The translations under genes were made by a program, and so were the position numbers. A stretch of DNA of 47,474 nucleotides, filler included, from Jimgerdemannia flammicorona (lineage: Eukaryota), in the NCBI GenBank assembly GCA_003990765.1. It is 2 parts of 2 records of this genome, joined end to end, with 100 filler letters (N's around TTAATTAATTAA, not from the genome) between each part and the next. Parts side by side here need not be neighbours in the genome. Positions count along the whole stretch, not along the records: positions 23,788 to 47,474 come from RBNJ01001079.1; 1 more part is not named here. One strand, written 5' to 3'. The stretch's first letter is position 1. Every line of letters begins with the position of its first letter. Of the stretch, positions 24,341-37,749 are shown piece by piece. Below the pieces are notes generated by a model. It was not told where the DNA came from. It ran no database searches and saw only the letters and a list, made by a program, of their open reading frames with translations.

Positions 24341-25357
24341 CTAAAACTCGGAATCCGGGTTCACAATCGCCAGGTACCGATAATGATGGTTCAACCTCCA
24401 CTGCCTATACTCCCTATGGATCTCGCGACGTCCACTGCGCCCCATCGGTCCGGGCGCGTACCCGGCCCTGACCGCGTACGGATCCGGGCCGAACGCCATT
24501 TTGTCGTCGTGATACTCGATGAACAGGTGGCGAGGGAGGAAGAATTCGTTGTTCCATTGGCGAAGGTACTCCTCGGCTTTGGTACGGGCAAGGTTCTCAG
24601 TAAACCGGCGCGCGTGGTAAGACTGCGGAAGAGGAGAGGATGGTTAGGATCGATGGAGTGGAAGCGGGTGAGGGTGGAAAGAGAGGAAGAGATAAAAATA
24701 CCATGCCCAAGGTAGCAACACGGGCAATCCAAAAATTGGAAGCAAAGATTTCAAAGCTGCCTGGAGCGGATGCGAGGATGTCGTTCATGCCCTGCGGTGA
24801 GGAGGAAGTTTGGATGATGAACATTTGGGTTAGGAGTAAATCACTCACATGCGCATAGCAACTGCACCATCCGTACCCAATACACACATTATGGAATCTT
24901 TACTGTCTATATCTCATACCATTCGCCAACTCCTATATCCGTTCATGACACATACCGTGATGAACCGGTCCCAGTCCGGTAGGGTGACGTCGTACGAAAG
25001 CAATTGCCTGGGGTACTCCTTCTGGAACCCGTGCGTCATCGTGGTCTGGCTCTGCATTTCGATGGTGACGGGTTGTGCCAGCGCGATAGGACGTCTGTTT
25101 ACAAATTTCGAATGGAATTAATATATACACCGACTCGCTCTAAACCCTTTACGGCAATTACATCTCTCCGTCAACACGAACTGGAACTCGCTGGGCAACG
25201 GCCTCACAATGGCAACGCCTGCCAGATCCGGCGGGGGGCCCTCGGGAGGAGCGTAGACCTGCTGGCCAGGAGCGGCGCCGGGGGCGAAGTAGGGCGGCGG
25301 TGCGTCGGTGTAGGTGGCGGCGGGGAGTGAGGCGGCGGCTTCTGCGGCTTTGGACAT
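24341..25357 (-). CDS. Uncharacterised fungal-type protein, 4 exons, ~228 aa
   Basis: Exons 25357-25182, 25094-24956, 24791-24702 and 24622-24341 are phase-consistent with GT-AG introns. CTAAC branch sites in introns 2 and 3. Pro-rich N-terminus with PPPY, then RPIALAQ, GFQKEYP...DWDRFI, and YLRQWNNEFFLPRHL. The first donor is the least certain. Confidence 0.8.
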
Positions 25358-27668
25358 GGCTGATAGACTGTTTTGGTGATCAAGTTTGATTGTTGTGTGT
25401 TGAAGTGCGTCGGTTTGAGACAGGGAGGCAATCAGGTATTTATTCCCCTTCACGCCAAGATGCCTAGAAATCACGCCGAGATCTAGCCTAGAAATGCGCA
25501 GGTCGTGTGGCTTGGTTTGTGACTGTTACTGCGCGTTTAGACCTGGCCTACCGCTTTGGGCGACTTAAGGCTGCTGCGGCAATTGCAGAAGCGTAGAAGT
25601 CGAACGGGAACGGCAGTGACGGTTGTGGACGTAGACGGTCGGATTTGGAAGGTTGTCGATCGGATCCGGCGTGTCAAAGTGGTTCTATGTACCGAAGTCT
25701 TTGTCCTCAGGGCTCTCAGTGCACGGTTGTTACTGGGGCGTCGTTTGACATGATCAGTGCTGATAAAACAAAGTTGGATTTGGCATAGCAGCAACCGAAA
25801 CAATTTTTCAACGCCGGAGATGGTTCTTGCATTTGTCATCGTTTCTCCCTGGCAGTCACGTCAAGGGTCGACTCAACTGGGCGATATTCACGAAGAGATA
25901 GCATATTTCGCTCATTCCAACAGCTGCTTGCATTTATCGGAGTTATCTGTAGACCTGGTGTAATTTCATTGGTGTCAAGATGTCTTTCTATGTCTCGATT
26001 TCATCAACAGTTGCGCTGGTATGTGCGTGTGAACACCATTCAAGGAAGCTTCGCCCGACACCCCTGTCAAATAAATGCGCCCAAGGATGAGCCGCTATCT
26101 GGCATTTCTTTTGCTGACCTATGCAATTTCATTTTTAATATTAGCTTAGTCGGTGATCCAGATGGGTTTACTGCGAGTGGTTACAACAAACTCGAGGTCC
26201 GCTCCTCCGCAAGACTGAGAGGAATGTGCGGGCTTTGAAGTGCGGGAAAGTGACATAGACCTACCCCGCAAACAAACGATTGCGCCATCCTCGGATATCC
26301 AGCGCCGTTCGAAAAATAGAATTGGTAATGTTCCCGCGGCTCCTTGCGCGCTTTTGTTATTGTTGACCGGAGAACATCAGCGGTGGATCCTGGGGAAGGA
26401 GTCACGGGGAGACATATTCCTCAACGTGGATTGAGTCGTCTCGGCCATCACACAAAATCGTTCATACCGTCCAACAAAGGTCATGTCATGATAAAGGTCA
26501 ACCTTGGCAATCAATTTTGTTTGTTTTTTTTTTTCCTTATTGTCGAGTGACAGGCCCGTTGTATTGGAACGAAGGTCACACTAGGCAGGCGCATCGGCGT
26601 GATGGATCCCCACGTAAGCATGCATGCACTGGAAATGGCCAAGCAAGACCCTATGATTCGGTTTGGCACCATCTCCCTGCGGACCTGCACCATCATCCGC
26701 CCATCCTTTTGGTTCGCTATATGTCGGCGTTCTACCACCGGTTTTTTTTTTCCTCAAAGAATAAGGTGACATGCCTTGCGCGATCAGCGCTCTTCCAAAA
26801 TTCTAAGTTCCCCGTCCTTCCATATTTACCAAAATCCAAATCCCGCAACACATCCACATCCGGACGGTTGTTTTCCTCCCAGAAGTCCTCTCACCTTCCG
26901 ACATGCTGAATCGAGTGAATCGAGTATCGTTTTCAGGCTCCGAGTCGGCGAAATCGGGCACTCATGCGTGGTGGAGAGATCTCACTCGCCTTTACGTAAA
27001 ATCTCCTCTGCGCAGCGCAGTAGTATTGATATGCTTTTCCTCCCACAAATGGGAATGCTAACAGGGGGGGAGGGATCATGAGTTCGGCCACGAGGCAGAT
27101 GGGTGATGGGAATAAACATCGTTTATGGTTTGAATCGTCCCTTTGTCTATCCAAAATCTTAATTCCGTTTCAATACCCGTTTTTTCTTTTTTCCGGTCTA
27201 TATGTGTATAGTTTCAGCTCGCTTTTGGGGCAGTTTTGATTGGTCCGTATTCTCGATATCGTTTTTCTTTTTCCCAACCTGTTCGAAATGCCCGAGACCA
27301 TATCAAACATTAAAAGTGTTTTCAATGTAGTTTCACTACGCTTGGTCTTTTATGGCCAAGGTAGTGTTTTTACTTTTCGTTTATTATTTTTCTCTTTAGA
27401 GAAAATCAAAAAGAAAAGTAAGGCAATGACAGATTTTTAGGTGTGCCACCTTCAAAGATAACAAATAATTATTTACAAAGACAAAAACCTGAGGATATTA
27501 ACAAGGGAGTATTTATAAAATGCGGAATTACGCTAAGCAATGATGTGAAAGGAGGAAAATGAAATATGTACATGTATCATAACAGATGTTCGTGTTGATT
27601 GAAATGTAGGCGTGGTGCGAATAGTGTGAGATGAAAGCGCCTTTTTCATTGTTTTTTTTTTTTTTTTT

Positions 27669-28568
27669 TTATGAAGCCTGGCCATCGACGTCCGTCTCTG
27701 TCGATGTCATCTCCATCGAACCAAATCTAATTTCGTCTTTGTTTTCTTCAGAGGGAATCCCCAGGTAGTCGCCCAGCTTTAGCTGCAACGATTTCATTTC
27801 GTCGGTAACGGCTGCTGTTCCCACGTAGTTCATGACTTCGAGCGCCAGTTTAAGGAGCTCCTCGTTGGACGGCCTGTTATCGTTTTCTTCGTCGTTTTCT
27901 TCATCGTATTCGTTATCATAGTCTTCGTTATCGTACACCTCGTCCTCGGGATCGGCCGGATTAGGGACGGGTTTGTTGGCCTGCCATATGGTCTCGTCGA
28001 CCTCGGCGAACCCAGAGTCGAGTGACCCCGGAAAGGTGGGATCGTAACCCTTGTTGTCGGCCGCGCTGGCAGTACCGTTTGGCCGCAGCAGGCGCTGTGC
28101 GAAGCCCTTGGGGATCGCGTGGGCATTCGTGCCATAGGTGGACCCGAAAGCTTTCGTCTCAGCCGCCACCACCTGCACAAAGATGATGGCAACGATCGGC
28201 ACGACCAGGTCGAGTATGTTCATGCGGGGGGAGGCGATCTTGGTGTCGGCGGCGGCGACGGGTGTCGATTTCGACAGTCCCGCGAGTTTGAGGAGGCTCC
28301 AGATGCTAGGCAAGGAGGCGGTGGTGGAGGCTTTGGCGAGCTGCTTCTTTTCGACGTTGCTGGGTACCACCGCGGTAGCGGCGGACTTAGCAGCAGCTAC
28401 GTCGTTCATTATTGTGCTCGTTCGCTTGATCACTTCCACCGTCGGTTCGGTGGTCGGCGGTGTGATGTCGGTGGGTTTGGCATGGATGGGGTCTGCGCAT
28501 ACTTTTACCGTTGCAGAAGGCGTTGAGGTGAGGGAGAACCTCAGGAGAGAGGGCAATCGGAATACCAT
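27669..28568 (-). CDS. Intronless hypothetical protein, ~299 aa (Ala/Thr-rich N-half, one hydrophobic segment, acidic C-half)
   Basis: Long GC-rich ORF with first ATG at 28568. No recognisable domain. Confidence 0.6.
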   Translation of the reverse strand: MVFRLPSLLRFSLTSTPSATVKVCADPIHAKPTDITPPTTEPTVEVIKRTSTIMNDVAAAKSAATAVVPSNVEKKQLAKASTTASLPSIWSLLKLAGLSKSTPVAAADTKIASPRMNILDLVVPIVAIIFVQVVAAETKAFGSTYGTNAHAIPKGFAQRLLRPNGTASAADNKGYDPTFPGSLDSGFAEVDETIWQANKPVPNPADPEDEVYDNEDYDNEYDEENDEENDNRPSNEELLKLALEVMNYVGTAAVTDEMKSLQLKLGDYLGIPSEENKDEIRFGSMEMTSTETDVDGQAS

Positions 28569-29127
28569 TTTATTTTCCACGCCTCGCGAGCAAAGTCTTT
28601 AAGACCGCAACTAGGCCGGCTGCTGGAATGAAATGTATAGCGAAATGCAAACGGTTGAAGAGTTAGAGAAGGTCCCATCGACCGAATAAATATTAAAACG
28701 GAGCATTCCAATTAGTCTTTGTGTTCAGCACAAAGTCCCGAAATGTCATTACCACCATGTAACCAAGCAATATAGGAGGATTCGTACTGGTCCAATTTAC
28801 TGCCCCCCCAATGCCTTTTATGAACTCCCAAGATAGCCGATGACTTACTATTACGTGAAATAGTGCTTCGCGCCCAAATCTCCGCACTAAGTCGAGGTGG
28901 ACACAAGGTCATCTGGTCGTGTTGACACCGGCATAAGCCGAAAAAGGAATGTCGCGCGATAAGACAGGGAGAAAAACTTGCCGTGCTCCTAGACCAGGGC
29001 GGGGGGCCGGGGGGCGGTCATTCCCGCCGTCTCCCGCGCTTCACGCAGCAAGGTGATTTTTCTCGAAGCCCCCAGTCCCTTTGTTTACGGTGCAGGAACT
29101 TTATGCAGGTCGACGAATTTGTCCCAA

Positions 29128-29185
29128 CATGGAACGCCGAATCTCCCATGGAACGCCGAATCTCCCATGGAACACCGAAATCTCG
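29128..29185. repeat. 19-bp tandem repeat, ~3 copies
   Basis: CATGGAACGCCGAATCTCC twice, plus one degenerate copy. Confidence 0.9.
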
Positions 29186-30926
29186 CATAAATTGACAGTC
29201 CCTCGGAAGGGTCTTTGAACCTTTTCGTTTCTTCACCTCACACAGTATACGGTATGGTGACATTGCACAGAAGGATTTCGATCGACTGTGTTTGTGTGTG
29301 GGGCAAGTGCTCCGCTAGCGGGGAGTGGTGCCCTCTCGGGATGCTATGCAAAGTGCTCCGTGCGCTCTGCATACTCTCTAGGATGGCAGACTCAACAAAT
29401 ATTACGGGATTACGGAAATTCTGCGGCTGTGCTGACTACTGCTCGCTGGCGGGCATTAAAACGATAATTAACCGACGTCAAAACCAGCCAGTCTGCGTCG
29501 TAGTAAGCATTACCCTGCATATAACACCACTCTCACAACTAACGCCATCACCACATGTTCACCACAAATCTATCAGCCTTCTACAAACCCCAATAAAAAT
29601 AGGACTAAATATTTTGGCTCACGCGTGTATGACACAATAAAGGAATGAAAAAGTCTCTCGTCTTCAAGCCACCGCCGATTATAGGGCTGTACCCCCCTGA
29701 AAAAGGGTTTGGGGCTTTCTATCTTCATGACGTTCAAACAGATAAGAATGACACTGTAACGCATTAGACAAAGGATTCACAGAGTTTATGATTCATAACG
29801 TTGGATATGGAAATTCATTATGGTTCCTGAACCGACGGATCTCTTCGCCAACTCCCTCTTTTTTCCGACTCCTTTTTTCCACCTCATCACAAGATCTCGG
29901 CCGGATGCCTAGAACAGAGCTATTTCATGGACCAAATCTATCATGTGCTGGGAAACGCTCACATGATCGCTCTTTGGGCACCCATCTTTCGTTATGCTCA
30001 ATCTCCTGACGTTTCACGTTGTCTTTGTCACAATGTTTGAGGATAAGCATCGATAACAAACATGAATCAGCCGCCAGATGAAGAAAACGCTTCCTTTCAC
30101 AACGACATGGTTATCCCGATCTTGCAAATTTAGTTTTTGACTTCACTGACAGGCCAGTCGTATCTCGCCCAACATTCGACTCCGCGGGTACATCATTGGC
30201 TCGCATCTCGATGCGACTCCAATCCTCCGATCCTTTTGACGTCAATTTGTTTACTTGCTCCAGCATCATGGGGCAGACGAGAATGTAATCGAAACACGTG
30301 GCCTTTCCTTGGGGGCGGAAAGGGGTCTGCGATCTGCCAGTCCATAGAAGGATAAAGAGGCGGTTTCGCTTACAGAGCAAGGAGATCCTCAAACACTCCT
30401 GCCTTGTGACATCTAGTCCTTGATGTGTCCTCGATAACGGAGGTAATGTTTGGTTACGACATCATCCCAATGAATCGTGGCGAAGATTTGATGGGAATTT
30501 CCGGCCATTCTCATGATCTGTGGGGATTGAGCGCAATTGGAATCAAGCAGCATTGTTGTCCCTCTGAAAAAGTAATAACTTCGGCCATATGTCAGCACTG
30601 TCGGCATACCGCTTCCGTGCGTGTGGCTAACAAGGCGACGTCCTCCGTGGTTCATGAGATTCCGAGAACATAGCCTCTTGTGTTTCCAACTAAGAAATTT
30701 CTCTCGCCCCTGGCCCTGCAGCGTTTTGACATTTTCAAATGCGCTCACTTGCCTTTGCACTCCTGGCAAACTCCCTTTGAAACTTCAAGCAGTAGCATTG
30801 GTGATCAGTTCTGGTAAGAAGCGGCTATTTTTATTCGCTGGAAGCTACTCGATATATCCTTATCAGCCTCAAGTCGTTTTGACACTATGTCTCCTTTGGT
30901 TCGAATACGATAGCCATATCCCTTAC

Positions 30927-30957
<31 letters not shown>

Positions 30958-31904
30958 TGCATCGCAAGGAATTCCTGCAATAGTTTGGAACAATCTGTCG
31001 TTCAAGAGAGTCAAACCTCTCCTTCATGTTTTATTTATTCCGATATATTGGTAGTTGTCCATTTGTGTTTGCTTTGAGGAAGAGGACATAGTACCGTCGA
31101 CTCACAAGGCAGGCGGCACCAAGCTCTCTTATATTGATATATTTTATTCGAGTGGTAAGAATTTAACCGTATTTTGTCCCTGGATCTGCCGTTGGACATG
31201 TGCGTTACTGACCATCCTGCTGTCGTTCGTTGTATTCATGAATGAAATTGCATTCTATATACTATTTATTAGATTTGTGGACAGCGCGAAAGAATGCCAT
31301 CTTTAGTAACTTCAAACCGTGGCCCGACACCACGGTTTGCGTAAATCGGGACATATAAAACCTTTTAATTACTGATTATAAATGCCTACCCTGTAGATCC
31401 TGCTTCCATCTTCGGCCAGAATGGCCTCGTTCAGCCCCATACCTCGCAACCTTCGGGTCAGGTGTTTGGATATGCCCATGTTTGTAGAATGGGATCGCCG
31501 TTGCTGCTTCGATGTTCGAATTGGCTCGAACCATGCTGCGGCCGGGTGCGTTATTGTTTCGAATGGGTGTATTGCATGCGTATTAGGTAACCATGGAGTG
31601 GTACAAAGTTGCTTCAAATTTTTGTTCGGTAGGTGTAGTGTAGTACGGAAAAAATTTGCTGCGTCGGCAGGTGCTTCGGAAACTCGTAATGGCACATTTA
31701 TATCTTAATGCATATGCGGTGCTTGATAAATCTAGAAATGAAACAACCAGTTTGGAAAAATAATTCTCAATTTAGCTGTATAAAGAATGGGGATACAAGA
31801 GTAAGCACGGCACAACGGCACAGCCGCTGCAGCCCGCCGTAGGGCAGAAGCACTTGGCTCCTCAAAGTGCTTCAAAACAAATCTCGTGACCCAGATTGCC
31901 AAAC

Positions 31905-32705
31905 AGTTTAAATGGTCTGAGCGTGGACTGCATTATTACCAGATCATACCAATAAGCTACTCGTCCACGGCTTTAAGGATAGCGGACTCTGCTGGACACC
32001 TGTAGCTCGCGCGCTTACCGATGGTTATGATGTCTACACTTACGACATGATCGCTCAAGGGACTCCTTGTCCCCCAACAGCTTCGTGTTTGAAAATCTTG
32101 TCCGTGACGCTGTCTCTGTCCTCGAACATCTCGCCCTTCCTACTCTCCTAGTCATTATCGGCCACTCCATGGGCGCCCACACACCGCAGCCCTGCTGAGT
32201 CGTGCGCATCCGGACGTCGTCGGTGCCCTCGTGCTCGAAGATCCGCCATGGACGTCGCTCGACGTCCCACAACCCTCCGAAGAAAACGCCCGCGCCATCG
32301 AAGACTCTGAGGCCACGCTCCGCGACACGCAACAGAAACCAGTTTCGCAGATCGTCACCGAGGACCATGCCGTACACCCGGCTTGGTCTCATGATGAGCT
32401 CGTGCCATGGGCAGAAGCCCAAAAGCAGTTCAATATGGCCGTCTTCAGTAACGGCATCGAGGAGACCAGACGTAGGTGGAATGCTGTCGTGCAACAGCTC
32501 ACGGCCCCCACGTTATTACTTACAGGGGAGAACGCACTGGGAGCTATTGTAAACTCCGAAATGGCACAGATCGCTCTCGGTACAATGCGAGGGATGTCAT
32601 GTAAACTTCGAGGGTGCGGGACATTGCATATGGCGGGATAGGTTCGAAGGGTTTATATCGACGGTGAAGGAGTTTTTAGAGAAGCATCAAAGAGAACAGG
32701 GCTGA
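31905..32705 (+). pseudogene. Alpha/beta-hydrolase pseudogene (about 4 frameshifts, no introns)
   Basis: GLHYY, LLVHGFKDSGLCWTPVARAL, nucleophile elbow GHSMG (~32160), LVLEDPPW, PTLLLTGE and GAGHCIWRDRFE lie in different frames. Confidence 0.88.
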
Positions 32706-33897
32706 ATTGTTCGTTAAGAATTCTCTATTCGTCGCAATTATATATTTTTTCTACTCCGTATTTGATTTTGGAAAGCCATTAATAAAATAATTTAATTAAA
32801 TAAATGCATCCCCCCATTAATAAAATAACTGTTGCATAGCGTTGGTCTTTGCCGTATGTAACTAAAGTCTTGATTATAGGAAAAATTCCTCCTTTCAGCA
32901 TGCGAACCACCTTTCAGCATGCTCGATCGAAATCCGGTTTGCTGCACGTGCCTCACGTTAAAATACGACGTCAGGATCGCAAAAACAAACATGACGGTGG
33001 AATAGAGGAATGATTGTACGTCATTGACACCAGGTCTATGTCATGCAGAAGAGGAACACAAACAACCAAAAGCACAAGGAAATGAACAAAAAAAGAAAAT
33101 AAATATGTATGCGGCATTGGGTTTTAATGGGCCTTTAAGTGAAAACTGTGTAGTGAAAACTGTACATTCGGGCGTAGAGCTTCTGATGGATGACGGGCGT
33201 CGAGGAATGACGACGATCAAAAATGGGAGAGTAGTATGGTGTAAAGGGATGTGCAATGTGTGGAGTTTGTGCTCAAGAAGTTCTGCTTCAAAAAAAAAAA
33301 AAAAAACCGCTCTTGTGCAAGCGTCGTAGAACCTTTCGGTTGATGTAGACGACCATTCCAGTCGACAGAGAACCCGAGGCAATCAATTCGTATCGATTGA
33401 TGCCTGTACGCAGCTCAAACAATGTTTCGAGGCATTCCGGTTTCCGTCCGTCACACGATTATCAGGCAATTAAGTTTTCTGATTCCATCTGAAATTGTTT
33501 TTGGAGGACAACATATTACGTATATTGCCGTGCGGGATTACTCCAATTCATTCCGAAAGGCACGAGGACCAAAAATCTCAAGCCGAGCGTCCACAGAACA
33601 CGCGCATACAATTGTCGTACGACAGCTACTCTGAACTTCTGCTGGTCCATGTGTGCCGATCTTTCCAAGAAGAACGTCTGGAATGAAAGTTCCTGAACAG
33701 GCCGATCATCGTTGCCTCATTGGCGTTTTATTTATGCCATGCGATCTGAGATGCAAATCTTGACTCCGCCTCATGCGGTCCTGTGGGGCTTTCGCTTTTG
33801 ATTGCTCGTCAAACATTATTTTGTAACCTCGACACCCGTCTTTCATCTCGCACACTAGCCCTCTTTTGCTTCACCAATTTCACCACTTTTGTCCGGT

Positions 33898-35112
33898 ATG
33901 ATGAATATCACCGCCGTTCCTGACGACATCCTCGACGATATATTCAATCACACCTATTCCAATGATACACTCGCCCGCCTCTGCATCGTCAACCATCGCT
34001 TTTTTGACCTTGCTGCTCCTCTCTTATGGCGAAATATCGTGCTCGAATTCGGAGAATCCGGATCGCGGTGCGCCGATGTTCTAGACGTCCTTCGCCAACG
34101 ACATCAATCGCGCGATTACGGTCGTCTGGTCAAAACCGTTTGCGTGAGAGAATCTGACCGTTCCCCGTCATACCAGCCTGTTGGCTGTTTGATAGACGTC
34201 GCTGATATCCTCACCATACTCGAGCAGTGCCCGAGCATGAAGACGTTTAAGCTATGCTTCACGGGTGCACGACCGACACGAATGCCCCCGACAGAAAATT
34301 CCCCCCTCCATTTTGCGGATCCCAAGTCTCAGCTACCGACGGGAGTTGTGTATCCAAAGCTACAGGAGATAGAGATAGTTAGTTCTGCTGACGTTGGAGT
34401 TGAAACACTACTTCAATCCCTAGTGATGCTGAGCCCTAACCTGAAGCGATTGACGTGGCGATCACATAATCTGTTCATCATCGACATGCTGGATTACGAA
34501 CTGATGCCAGCACATTCTGCTTCACAGCAAGTCCTCGATAGCCGTCAACTTTCCGAATTCTCCTGGACCGTTCAACATAACACAGCGATGTCACACAATA
34601 TTCCATTCAACCCTCCCCGGCACATTCGCTTGCCACCCTTCGACCAAATCACCGAACCGACCTTGAACATTATCATCAAATCTTGCCCGAATCTATCCTA
34701 CCTCCACCTCCGCCGCGTCGTCATCACGGATCCAAGCACGATCGAATCCCTCGCCCTCCTGCCGAATCTCCGCTCACTCCATCTGGATTCATTCACGTTA
34801 TGGCCGTTCATTCCCGAGAATTCGTGGCTGCCTGCCGCGCGCGCCTGCTCACAGCTCACACACCTGGCGCTCCATGGACCATGCGGCGTGTCGGCGGATT
34901 TGGTGGTGGAGCTGTTTGCCATGTTACCGTGCTTGATGAAGTTGGAGCTTGATGGCGATCACGTGGAAGCGGATTTTGTAGAATTGGTGAGGGAAGCGGG
35001 AGAAGCATCGGGGGTTGTTTGCACGCAAATGATGGAAAGATTGGAGGGAAGATATTTGGGGACGATGTTGGTGGAAAGGAAGGGAAGAGGTTACAATTCC
35101 CTTTGCGGATGA
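33898..35112 (+). CDS. F-box / LRR (RNI-like) protein, 404 aa
   Basis: N-terminal VPDDILDDIF...LARLCIVNHRFFDLAAPLLWRNI F-box-like motif. Repeats CPSMKTFKL, SPNLKRLTW, CPNLSYLHL, LPNLRSLHL, CSQLTHLAL, LPCLMKLEL. Confidence 0.88.
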   Translation: MMNITAVPDDILDDIFNHTYSNDTLARLCIVNHRFFDLAAPLLWRNIVLEFGESGSRCADVLDVLRQRHQSRDYGRLVKTVCVRESDRSPSYQPVGCLIDVADILTILEQCPSMKTFKLCFTGARPTRMPPTENSPLHFADPKSQLPTGVVYPKLQEIEIVSSADVGVETLLQSLVMLSPNLKRLTWRSHNLFIIDMLDYELMPAHSASQQVLDSRQLSEFSWTVQHNTAMSHNIPFNPPRHIRLPPFDQITEPTLNIIIKSCPNLSYLHLRRVVITDPSTIESLALLPNLRSLHLDSFTLWPFIPENSWLPAARACSQLTHLALHGPCGVSADLVVELFAMLPCLMKLELDGDHVEADFVELVREAGEASGVVCTQMMERLEGRYLGTMLVERKGRGYNSLCG

Positions 35113-35749
35113 CTCGCCCTATTGATTTTCAAGGCCTTTGTGCAACTTTCATATTCCAACAAAGCAGACAATTCCCCACGTTTTTTTTTTTTTTTATAAA
35201 TGCTTCAAAAACTTTGAAAAAGACTGCGCCGTCACATTGCAGAGGCGAGTATCATTGTTGTCATTTATGTTTAGGATTCTCCATGCTATCTTCTCGGCTT
35301 GAATTTCGACACTTGATTCTACCATTACCACTGCCACTTGACACATGGGTAATGTATCTTCATGGAATTTCACTGTAAATGAATGCGCTTGTTGAAGCAA
35401 GCTGAAGACAAATTCATGCTAGTATACATCTAATGGGAAGACGTGGCTCTTGTCTTTCAACAAAAAAGAAAGAAAGAAGAGGTGAAGGCAAATAAAATTG
35501 ATAATTATATATACATATGTTATTTTTAGCATCAAAATTAACAACATAATCTCAGGAGGGTATACTCCACCCGTACAGCGCGTCTCCTTCAGTACATTTC
35601 CCCTTCAACGAAACAAAAAAGAATGATGAGAGAAAGAGAAAACACGGGGGGGGGGTAAAAAGAAGAGGGAATTGGAAACTGAAACAAAGAACAAATAAAA
35701 AAGGGAAACAAGTAACCGAGAACAACATCGCAAACGATACGATCCGCGA

Positions 35750-36038
35750 CTAATCATTCAAAAAGCTATCTCTAGTATCAAACCCTTCCGGTGCGCAGAC
35801 AATGAGGTCATTATTTTTGACGGTCAGCCAGAATGCGCGCTTGGCGACCCAGTGCGTGACGTTGAGATGGTAGAGCAAGACGGTAGCGGTGCCGCGATTA
35901 TAAAGGCGGCCCATCAGCCACGTGTCCTTAATGCGATGGCTGCTCCAGAAATGGACTCGCGAGGGTTCTGGACGGATAAGAGAGTTGTTGGCGTGGGCAG
36001 ATGAGGGTATCAGCGGGTAACCGTATAAGTTACGAATT

Positions 36039-36084
<46 letters not shown>

Positions 36085-37272
36085 TTTATCGCCATACCTT
36101 GATACAAGCCGGCGATATTGATGCACAGAGCGACAAAGCGGAAGATGTTCTCTGTGGCCGCTCTCATTTCTGTGCTCTGGTCAATACGAAAGGCTTCCGC
36201 AAACAGGTTATCCTGCTTGATGAGCGGGTATATCTGTGATGACGGAGTACAGTTAAAAAAAATGTGTATTACCGTGATTTCAAATCAGATTTCGATTGTT
36301 CATATGGCTTACCTGCAAAAGCTTGACATACAGCGACATCGCCGCGAGACTACACACAATGACGAGAACCACCGCCACAAAAAGCGCTGAAGCCACGAGC
36401 ATCACGACGAAGATGACGTACAAAACAGTGTAAGACAACCCGTCCTTGACATACGACGCTTCCGTTCCTTTCTTGTGAGCGCTGAGTCGCATGCTGACGG
36501 CGTTGGGGATGTTCAAGAGGATGTTGAATGGTCGGTTGAGGTAGTTGAAGACGACGATGGCCTGAAGCAGCGAGATTTGGCTGAGGGTGAAGACGGCGAA
36601 CACGAAGATTCCCACGAACTGACCTAGCTTGTCCTCCGGCGTCCGGCCGCCACGCCCCATATACAGGTTGTAGGCAGCCCACATCGCGGTTCCGAGCAAG
36701 GGAAAGATAATTAAGAACTCAATTGTGCTAACAAGCATGGTGGGGATACGAGAGTTGTCGAAGGCACTGGTCGGGGTTACTGAGGCCGCGTAGTCTGGGA
36801 TTTCCATTAGGACGGACTGGGACCTGAAGTTGAGACAGATGGTCGAAAGGTTGATGGCCATCTTGACGAAGAATGCGAACAGGGTAAAATACGCGGTCGG
36901 GCTCCATCGGACGTGCGGCTCCAGGGCTTTTAAGAGAGGGTCGATGGCCGTCGAGTGCGGTATGACCTTGTCGGCCCCGATTTCGGGTGCTATGTTGTGG
37001 TACCGGCAGGGCCACGCCCAAAACTCGTCCTCCGCGTCCCTCACCTCGTCGATAGATTCTTTGTCGTTATCTTTGGTGGAGTCGCCGATAGACTGGAGAT
37101 CTCCTAGAACATCCGTGACAACGTGGTCGACTCCGATGGTGATGATTTCGACGATCTTGTTGTTTTCAGGTTGAGGGATGGCGGCGGACTCGTCGTTCGG
37201 CGACTGGACGGGCGCCTTCTCGTCGAGTGCTCCATGAAGAGTGACAATGACCTTTGGATACGGCTCAGGCAT
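35750..37272 (-). CDS. Multi-pass membrane protein of unknown function, 3 exons, ~437 aa
   Basis: Exons 37272-36313, 36233-36098 and 35967-35750 with GTAAGC/GTATGG donors and CAG acceptors, phase-consistent. At least four hydrophobic segments. Confidence 0.82.
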
Positions 37273-37749
37273 GATTGCAAAGGTGACGTCCAAAAAATCA
37301 AAAGGTTTGGGTGATCATATAAAAAACAATAGCGAACCAATCTGGAGCTAGGGTCGCACTATCTGTAAAAGGCCCTAAAGTCATGGCAACTGAATTGTGT
37401 TTGGTTTACAGGTTCTCCGCCACTGCTTTTGGAAGGATAGGAAACAGTGGCTTAAAAAAAAGGTCGATCCTCGATTTCTGCATTTACTAATGTACCGCTG
37501 TCATTTCTTGCGGCAGTTCCATTGGTGAAGTCCAGATCCGTGGTCTCATTCATAATGGCATAGCAACTACAATATGGTGAATCTATAAACCAGGTAACAA
37601 GAAAAAAAAAAAAACTAACTTTATAAAATATTCTTTGATTGATGTTGAGATGACAACTCGACATACTTCGCCATATCCAATTCCACGTCATCAGTAATAC
37701 GTAAAAGGCGTTACTTTGTATTATCAATAAATTGCTTCTTCTGTTCGGT

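Noticed and set aside
25500..27600. Numerous 60-130 aa ORFs in the gene island (also 28700-31700)
   Set aside because: No motifs, no consistent splice models, and they overlap on both strands.
31314..31338. 9-bp hairpin AAACCGTGG...CCACGGTTT
   Set aside because: Isolated and plausible by chance; a bacterial-type terminator has no meaning in this context.
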